DNA of 64,000 nt from a virus (lineage: Duplodnaviria; Caudoviricetes): positions 1 to 64,000 of IMG/VR virus record IMGVR_UViG_2651870089_000025. One strand, given 5' to 3'. The position numbers were made by a program, and so were the translations under genes. Under the pieces are notes generated by a model. The model saw only the letters and a program-made list of their open reading frames with translations. It was not told the DNA's origin and made no database searches. Positions within the stretch are counted from its first letter, which is position 1. Each line of letters starts with the position of its first letter. Positions 57,531 through 64,000 of the stretch are shown piece by piece.

Positions 57531-57875
57531 ATGTCTGATATAGAAAAAGCATACGAGTTTATTAATTTTAGAACAACAATAGTTAATCAGAAGCACTTGC
57601 TTTTAGCGCAAGTTGAAGAAAGGCTAACATGTTATTTGAACGGAGGCGTTTTCCGCGCCGAACCGGGGTTTATTGCGTTTATAGGTGATATAATTAACTC
57701 TGGATATGAGTCCGCACCCATACTAGATGTTAATAATAATCCAATATTAATCAAAGACTTAGCAGAATTTAAGAATACATTGCTATCTTCTTACATGGAA
57801 GTGGTGTATGATTACTGGAAAGATTGGGAAGATATTAGGGTTGAACGAGATTTAAAGAAAATAGCAGATGTCTAA
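57531..57875 (+). CDS. Hypothetical protein
   Basis: ATG at 57531 (MSDIEKAYEF). The TTG start at 57492 runs through the terminator hairpin, so it is not preferred. Confidence 0.75.
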   Translation: MSDIEKAYEFINFRTTIVNQKHLLLAQVEERLTCYLNGGVFRAEPGFIAFIGDIINSGYESAPILDVNNNPILIKDLAEFKNTLLSSYMEVVYDYWKDWEDIRVERDLKKIADV

Positions 57876-58662
57876 GGGTATAGTAATATTTGCTTTTAAC
57901 AACGAGCAAATAGATTATGAAAAAATTGCTCGGCTCAACGCAGCCATGATAGAGTATAACATGAATGTTCCTGTACATATTATTACAGATATAGGAGCAG
58001 TAGCACCGAGTAAACGGCACTATAAAGATTACAATCAAATTTTATCTTTTAATAATAGTTTACGATGGAATGCGTTTGAGTTGTCACCGTTTGACGAAAC
58101 ATTAGTATTAGATGCTGATTACTTAATAATGAATGATCGGTTTAACGCAGTGTGGGGAAGCAAAAACGAACTAATGCTCAACACGGATATTGTGCCATTG
58201 TTTAAAGATGAGTTTATTGAAGAGAAAAGGCTTAACGACTTTGGCATTACAATGGCGTGGGCTACAGCGATATATTTTAAGAAAACAACGTTAGTAGAAC
58301 ATTTTTTTAATATTATGAAACATGTTCACAGTAACTACGGGTATTATAGGCAAGTGTACGAATTTCATGGCGACTTATATCGCAACGACTTTGCGGCAAG
58401 TATAGCAAGGCATATGTTAAGCAGTTTCACAGAACACACAATGACAAGCATCCCGTTTTTGCCAGTTAGCAAAATGGTGGTTGCCAAGCCTGAGGATGAG
58501 ATTGTAGACTTTAAAGATGTAAATCATGTAAAAGTTAAAATAACTTTACCAAATAAACCCAATGAATGTATAGTCAATTCTATAAAGCATACTAATGTAC
58601 ATTTCTTAAACAAGAAAACAATTTTAGACAACAGCGATCGTATAGAGGAGTTGTATAAGTGA
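57868..58662 (+). CDS. Nucleotide-diphospho-sugar transferase (GT-A) family protein
   Basis: KGIVIFA strand and SPFDETLVLDADY (DxD). Confidence 0.75.
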   Translation: MSKGIVIFAFNNEQIDYEKIARLNAAMIEYNMNVPVHIITDIGAVAPSKRHYKDYNQILSFNNSLRWNAFELSPFDETLVLDADYLIMNDRFNAVWGSKNELMLNTDIVPLFKDEFIEEKRLNDFGITMAWATAIYFKKTTLVEHFFNIMKHVHSNYGYYRQVYEFHGDLYRNDFAASIARHMLSSFTEHTMTSIPFLPVSKMVVAKPEDEIVDFKDVNHVKVKITLPNKPNECIVNSIKHTNVHFLNKKTILDNSDRIEELYK

Positions 58663-59519
58663 ACGAACGAGGGTATCTTATTATAGCCCAGAATAATCAA
58701 ACGCACGATTATACACGCATGGCTTATGCTCTTGCGTTAAGCATAAAGAACACACAATCAAAAGTCAAAGGCGTAAGCATAGCGTTGCCAGGATCAGAAT
58801 CGCATTTGTTATCGGAAAAGCAAAGTTGGATATTTGACAATGTGATAGAATTTCCATGGGGAGATGCCGCCGCATTAGCAGATTGGAAGATTAACAATAA
58901 ATGGAAGTATGCTCACTTTACACCGTATAAAGAAACTGTTATACTTGATGCTGACATGTTGTTTTTAAGTGACTACAGTCACTGGTGGGATACAATGTCT
59001 AGACAAGATATTATGGCTACAACAAATGTACTAACTTATCGTAACGAAGTTGCCAAAAGTACATATTATAGAAGAACATTTGTTAGTAATCAGTTGCCAA
59101 ACATTTATACAGCGTTTATGTATTTTAGAAAAAACAGTAAGATTATTTGGGAAGTGACTAAGTTAACACAAATAATTATGGAAAACTGGGAAGACTTTTA
59201 TTTAAAATATTTAGATGCTACTCGTCCTACTTGGCTAAGTGCCGATGTTGCGTATGCATTGGCAATAAAATTATTAGGAGTAGAGGATGAGTGTACAAGT
59301 AAAATTTTAACACCAACCTTTGTACATATGAAAACTCGCATGCAAGATACAGGAAATTTAGCTGACGAAGATTGGACAAAATACATACCAACTTATTTTA
59401 CTAACGATTGTAAGTTAAAAATTGGCAATTATCAACAGTATTATCCGTTTCATTATCATGTGAAAGAATGGCTTACAGATGATATAATTAAAAAATTAGA
59501 GGATGCGTCTGATGGGTGA
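58659..59519 (+). CDS. GT-A glycosyltransferase-like protein
   Basis: RGYLIIA..DY..MA..LALSIK, TPYKETVILDADM (DxD), FVHMK and FHY. Confidence 0.78.
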   Translation: MNERGYLIIAQNNQTHDYTRMAYALALSIKNTQSKVKGVSIALPGSESHLLSEKQSWIFDNVIEFPWGDAAALADWKINNKWKYAHFTPYKETVILDADMLFLSDYSHWWDTMSRQDIMATTNVLTYRNEVAKSTYYRRTFVSNQLPNIYTAFMYFRKNSKIIWEVTKLTQIIMENWEDFYLKYLDATRPTWLSADVAYALAIKLLGVEDECTSKILTPTFVHMKTRMQDTGNLADEDWTKYIPTYFTNDCKLKIGNYQQYYPFHYHVKEWLTDDIIKKLEDASDG

Positions 59520-60072
59520 TCTATACGTTTATTTTAATGATAGCAACCAAATAGTTTCTGTATCTGGAAATAAAGATGTTACCTCGCCTAATCGTTATGC
59601 CGCATTTCCTGAAGATGAAGTTGCTGGCTTTATATTAGGTACAATGAATATGATGGAATATGTTGTACGAGAAAATCGGCAAACGGGTAAAGTAGTAATT
59701 GAAAAGAAAGTAACACAAGAAATATCAGTACGCACAGTTGATAATACGTTGTATGAAATACCAAAAAGCAATAACCAGTTTCAAATTAAAGTATTAAATA
59801 GTTTAAGCAACAATACTTTAACTTTTATTTTAGACAGCGGATTAAGAAATAGTTTAACACAAGCAGGGGACAGTATAACCATCAACGGTGTTAATACTTT
59901 ACATTTCTTTTTCACTGAACTTAATGATCCGCATTTTTTAAAGAAGCATGTTAGTTTTAGTGTTGAAGAATTTCTTAGCAAAGATATTGAAGTAGTATAT
60001 ACAGAAAATTTAACAAACGCAAGTGTATACACAAGAAGAATTTATGATGATTATATATATGAGGAAGTATAA
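59512..60072 (+). CDS. Hypothetical protein
   Basis: Coupled ORF within the operon; ATG at 59512 follows an SD-like GAGG. Confidence 0.75.
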   Translation: MGDLYVYFNDSNQIVSVSGNKDVTSPNRYAAFPEDEVAGFILGTMNMMEYVVRENRQTGKVVIEKKVTQEISVRTVDNTLYEIPKSNNQFQIKVLNSLSNNTLTFILDSGLRNSLTQAGDSITINGVNTLHFFFTELNDPHFLKKHVSFSVEEFLSKDIEVVYTENLTNASVYTRRIYDDYIYEEV

Positions 60073-61014
60073 ATGGCAAAACATAGTTTAAATGAGTTTG
60101 ATGTTTTTTATATTAGTTTTGATGAACCAAACTGCGAAAAGAACTACGCAGATTTAGTTAACAAAATACCATGGGCACAACGCATACACGGTGTTAAAGG
60201 ATTTGATAGTGCCCATAAAGCAGCCGCCGAAGCAAGTCGAACAGATAGGTTTATTACAGTAGATGGTGATAACATTGTTGACGAGAGTTTTTGGAACGGC
60301 GAATTGGAAATAGATCCAGAGAGACATGAAAAATCAATCTGGAGTTGGAGTAGCAAAAATATTATTAATGGATTAGTATACGGTAACGGCGGCATTAAAC
60401 TATGGCCAAAAGAACCTACGCTTGCTATGAAAACACACGAGCATGCCGAAAACGAATCTGCCGCAATTGACTTTTGTTGGGACTTAGACTATCAGCAGAT
60501 GAACGACATTTATTGCATGAATCATCCTAACGGTAGTCCTTATCAAGCCTTCCGTGCAGGTTTTCGCGAAGGCGTTAAAATGTCGTTAGCAGACGGCAAA
60601 AAAGTAAACCCAGCGCCGGGAGAATTTGAAAAAGCAATATGGCATAAAAATTATACAAGACTTCTCATATGGGCAACAATAGGAGCAGATGTTGAAAATG
60701 GCAAGTGGGCAATATACGGAACCCGGCTTGGATGCGAGTTATGTAACTTAGACCCGGAGTTTAACCATCATAATGTAAGAGATTATGAATGGTTTAGAGA
60801 GTTTTATGATAGCCGCGTAGCATCGGTTGTTAATGATGATAATATAGATAGACACACCGTCAACGTTGGCGACACTTTACGTACTCGTTTGGGTATGCAG
60901 TTGGGCGAAGTGGATGCAAATGCAAGCAAGTTTTTTAAACGAGTATATGTAAATCCTCCACGTGTTGGGGTTAATGTTACAGAAAAATGGATGGAAAAAA
61001 ATAATTTAGCATGA
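60073..61014 (+). CDS. GT-A-like (DxD) protein, paralog 1
   Basis: Motifs FYISFDEP, AHKAAA, FITVDGDN, NGLVYGNGGIKLW and AFRAGFRE. Confidence 0.65.
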   Translation: MAKHSLNEFDVFYISFDEPNCEKNYADLVNKIPWAQRIHGVKGFDSAHKAAAEASRTDRFITVDGDNIVDESFWNGELEIDPERHEKSIWSWSSKNIINGLVYGNGGIKLWPKEPTLAMKTHEHAENESAAIDFCWDLDYQQMNDIYCMNHPNGSPYQAFRAGFREGVKMSLADGKKVNPAPGEFEKAIWHKNYTRLLIWATIGADVENGKWAIYGTRLGCELCNLDPEFNHHNVRDYEWFREFYDSRVASVVNDDNIDRHTVNVGDTLRTRLGMQLGEVDANASKFFKRVYVNPPRVGVNVTEKWMEKNNLA

Positions 61015-62390
61015 CAGATTTTTTTCTCGAAGATGTAAAAAATATTAAGAAAAAACTGGACTCTGTTAGCAGTAGTTTCTGCTTGGCTAAATGGTATCAA
61101 GTAACAATACATTTACAAAATGGGCATACACATAGTTGCCACCACCCCGGAACACACAAAGTTCCTGTTGATGAATTAACTAATAATCCAACCGCATTGC
61201 ATAATACGCAGTACAAGAAAGAACGCAGGAAAGAAATGCTCGAAGGTAAAAGGCCGGCAGAGTGTCAATATTGCTGGAATGTCGAAGATAGCTCTGGCGA
61301 AAATTATAGTGATAGACACATTAAAAGTGCCGCTATGTGGTCAGCACCATGGTTCAACGATGCAGTAAAAAATCCATGGGACGACAATCCAAATCCGCGT
61401 TATTTGGAAGTTAGTTTTGGTAATGTTTGTAATTTTAAATGTATGTATTGCTATCCTAACATTAGTAGTCAGTGGTATGAAGAAGCAAAGCAGTATGGAC
61501 CGTATCCTACAAGCCAGAACTTTGGAAGTTTACAACATTTGGAATATAAAGGCACAACACCGATCCTCGAACGAGAATATAATCCATATGTGGAAGCATT
61601 TTGGAAATGGTGGCCGGACTTATATAAATCTTTACATACATTTAGAATTACCGGCGGCGAGCCGTTGTTAAACAAGAACACCTTTAGGGTGCTTGAGGAA
61701 ATTAATAAAAACCCCAGGCACGAATTAGAGTTAGCAATAAACACAAATATGTGTGTGCCTGATAAAAACTTTGATGAATTTATTTCTTTAATAAAACCAG
61801 TAACAGAAAAACTTAACAATGTAAGTGTTTTTACAAGTGTAGAAGCAACACATAACAAAGCAGAATGGATAAGATATGGATTAGATTATAATAAGTTCTG
61901 GCAAAATATTTCTAAACTTCGTGCAGAAGTTCCAAAGTTACATATTGATTTTATGTGCACTTACAATGCGTTAAGTGTTACTAGCTTCGCTGATCTCTTA
62001 AAAAAAATATATGAAGTACGTTGTAGTTCTCCGCACAACGATCCATGGCATCCGCCGCTGATGGTGAGCGTACCGTACTTGCGTAATCCTCCGTTTTTAA
62101 CAGTTAAAATTTTAGACAGTAGTTTTGAGGGATATATTATTGAAAGTATTGAGTTTATGGAGTCTCATCGCGGCAACGATGACACGCCAGGATTTATAAG
62201 TCATGAGATAGAAATGATGAAGAGAATTTTAAGTTGGTTTAGAACATCAATTGATGTTGCGCAATTAAATGTAAATCGTGCAGATTTTGTTAAGTACGCA
62301 GACGAATACGATAAAAGACGAGGAACTAACTTTTTAGAAACGTTCCCAGAATACACAGATTTTTATAACACGAGTAAAACATTATGCTAG
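61011..62390 (+). CDS. Radical SAM protein with an N-terminal twitch/SPASM-like domain
   Basis: CNFKCMYC (CxxxCxxC) and TGGEPL, plus N-terminal CLAKW..CHH..CQYCW. Confidence 0.92.
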   Translation: MTDFFLEDVKNIKKKLDSVSSSFCLAKWYQVTIHLQNGHTHSCHHPGTHKVPVDELTNNPTALHNTQYKKERRKEMLEGKRPAECQYCWNVEDSSGENYSDRHIKSAAMWSAPWFNDAVKNPWDDNPNPRYLEVSFGNVCNFKCMYCYPNISSQWYEEAKQYGPYPTSQNFGSLQHLEYKGTTPILEREYNPYVEAFWKWWPDLYKSLHTFRITGGEPLLNKNTFRVLEEINKNPRHELELAINTNMCVPDKNFDEFISLIKPVTEKLNNVSVFTSVEATHNKAEWIRYGLDYNKFWQNISKLRAEVPKLHIDFMCTYNALSVTSFADLLKKIYEVRCSSPHNDPWHPPLMVSVPYLRNPPFLTVKILDSSFEGYIIESIEFMESHRGNDDTPGFISHEIEMMKRILSWFRTSIDVAQLNVNRADFVKYADEYDKRRGTNFLETFPEYTDFYNTSKTLC

Positions 62391-63112
62391 AAGTTTTTCA
62401 TTTAAGTTATTACGAACCGTTCGCTGACGAGACATACGAAAAGTTAAAACAGCGTGTGCCGTGGGCAAAGCGAGTGCAAAACATTAAAGGTATATTTTAT
62501 GGGCACAAAGAATGTGCAAGGCAATCTCTTACTACAATGTTTTATGTTGTTGATGCTGATGCAATATTAGAAGATAATTTTGATTTTACATATAGACCAA
62601 GTAGCGAGTTAGAGTATTGGGACGGTGTAAAACAAAACGAATGTATTCATGTATGGCGTTGTAAAAATTCTGTAAATGACTTAGTATATGGATACGGTGG
62701 TATAAAATTATTTCCTCGAGAACCAGTCAGGCGCGCAAAGGATTGGCATATTGATTTTACAACAAGTGTATCTGGTAAGTTTAAAGCAATGCCAGAGTTA
62801 AGTAATTCGACATATATTAACGCAGATCCGTTAACAGCATTTCAAAGTGGCTTTAGAGAATGTACAAAGTTAGCGGCACAAGTAATTAAAGATCCAGAAG
62901 GGCATTACGATAGTAGTAACGATCCTCGTATATTAGAGTGGATCAACATATGGTGCAGTAAAGGTGCAGATCGTCCCAACGGCGAATGGGCGATACTTGG
63001 TGCACAGAAAGGTCGCGAGTACGGCGAAGCAAACAAAGGCAATACCAACGCCTTGGATAAAATAAATGACAGAGACTGGATACGAGAACAGTTTGACAGT
63101 TTAAACAATTAG
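62384..63112 (+). CDS. GT-A-like (DxD) protein, paralog 2
   Basis: Motifs FHLSYYEP, FYVVDADA, NDLVYGYGGIKLF and AFQSGFRE; clearly homologous to 60073-61014. Confidence 0.65.
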   Translation: MLEVFHLSYYEPFADETYEKLKQRVPWAKRVQNIKGIFYGHKECARQSLTTMFYVVDADAILEDNFDFTYRPSSELEYWDGVKQNECIHVWRCKNSVNDLVYGYGGIKLFPREPVRRAKDWHIDFTTSVSGKFKAMPELSNSTYINADPLTAFQSGFRECTKLAAQVIKDPEGHYDSSNDPRILEWINIWCSKGADRPNGEWAILGAQKGREYGEANKGNTNALDKINDRDWIREQFDSLNN

Positions 63113-63129
63113 TGTTATAATAACTTACT

Positions 63130-64000
63130 ATGGAAGCACATGAAATATTAGACAGATACGAACTACTATACAGTAGCCAAGCACCTATTCTAAGCGACAT
63201 TCGTCGTGTTGTAGTAGACGAAGATTTAAGCAGTATTTTTAGAATTGCATCAGATATAACACAACATAAAGAGTTAGTCGATGAGTTTCGTAAGTCCGTT
63301 ATTGAAAAAAACCCACATGCAATATTTCGTGTTGTTTCTCTTTTGTCCGCTGGAAACGAACCACATGAACAGATTGTAGAAGATTTACGAAAAGCAGTAG
63401 TAGAAGAAAATCATCGATCAATATTTAGAGTGTTCGAGCATGCCGGTGTTGGTATAGATGATTTGCGTAAAGCAATGACAGAAAAAAATCATCGAGCGAT
63501 ATTTAGAGTTTTTGATTATTTCGATTCTTCGGATAAATTAGATGATCTGCGTAAAGCAATTATTGAGAAGAATCATAGATCGATATTTAGAGTTTTCGCT
63601 CAATACGGACTTACTACTGAATTAGAAGATTTACGAAAAGCCATGACAGAAAAAAATCTAAACGCAGTATTTAGAATTTTTGAGGAGCACAAGAATGCAG
63701 ACATTGACGATATTCGTAAAACTATCATAGAAGAAAATTTACATGCATTATTTAGATTATTAGAGCATTATGAGTTAGATATACCGTTAGATGATTTGCG
63801 CCGTGCAATAATTGAAGACAATTTACATTCATTATTTAGATTAATCAAAAACGAAGAAACGTTGCCTGCTGAAGATATACGTAAAGCAATAATAGAAGAT
63901 AACCTACATTCGTTATTTAGGTTAGTTGATACTTTAAATACAGGCGAAACGGCTGTGCTAATAGATGATGTACGCCGCAGTATTGCTGAAAAGAATTGGC
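63130..64000 (+). CDS. Tandem helical-repeat protein (runs off the right edge; absent from the ORF track)
   Basis: ATG at 63130 (MEAHEILDRYELLY), open to the window end, with about 10 copies of DDLRKA.IE.N..(S/A)(I/L)FR. Confidence 0.85.
   Translation, partial: MEAHEILDRYELLYSSQAPILSDIRRVVVDEDLSSIFRIASDITQHKELVDEFRKSVIEKNPHAIFRVVSLLSAGNEPHEQIVEDLRKAVVEENHRSIFRVFEHAGVGIDDLRKAMTEKNHRAIFRVFDYFDSSDKLDDLRKAIIEKNHRSIFRVFAQYGLTTELEDLRKAMTEKNLNAVFRIFEEHKNADIDDIRKTIIEENLHALFRLLEHYELDIPLDDLRRAIIEDNLHSLFRLIKNEETLPAEDIRKAIIEDNLHSLFRLVDTLNTGETAVLIDDVRRSIAEKNW

Overview
This 64-kb window is the virion-morphogenesis region of a large T4-like (jumbo-type) myophage. It is AT-rich and uses the standard genetic code. 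From left to right it holds: a partial repeat-rich fibre gene; a head module on the minus strand (gp23 major capsid, gp22 scaffold, gp21 protease, acidic core protein, gp20 portal); a tape-measure-like gene; a divergent gp26-like/gp51-like pair joined by a likely -1 frameshift; a ~550-nt ORF-free structured segment with its own sigma70 promoter; and a Holliday junction resolvase. Next is an AT-rich enzyme island (2OG-Fe oxygenase, two tandem desaturases, GNAT, SDR, kinase-like), then a gp55-gp47-gp46-DNA methyltransferase-SbmA/BacA operon on the minus strand. After a nucleotidyltransferase comes a long baseplate module (gp53, hub, gp5, gp25, a 1996-aa gp6, a 5239-aa giant protein), fibre genes, and a glycosyltransferase/radical SAM cluster ending in a partial tandem-repeat gene. 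A recurrent GATAAATA late-promoter motif precedes most structural operons. The best candidate for an undescribed system is the large non-coding RNA at ~11765-12312, followed by the late-promoter-linked desaturase island. I found no tRNA, rRNA, CRISPR array or mobile element. All family calls come from motif recognition by eye; no database searches were run.
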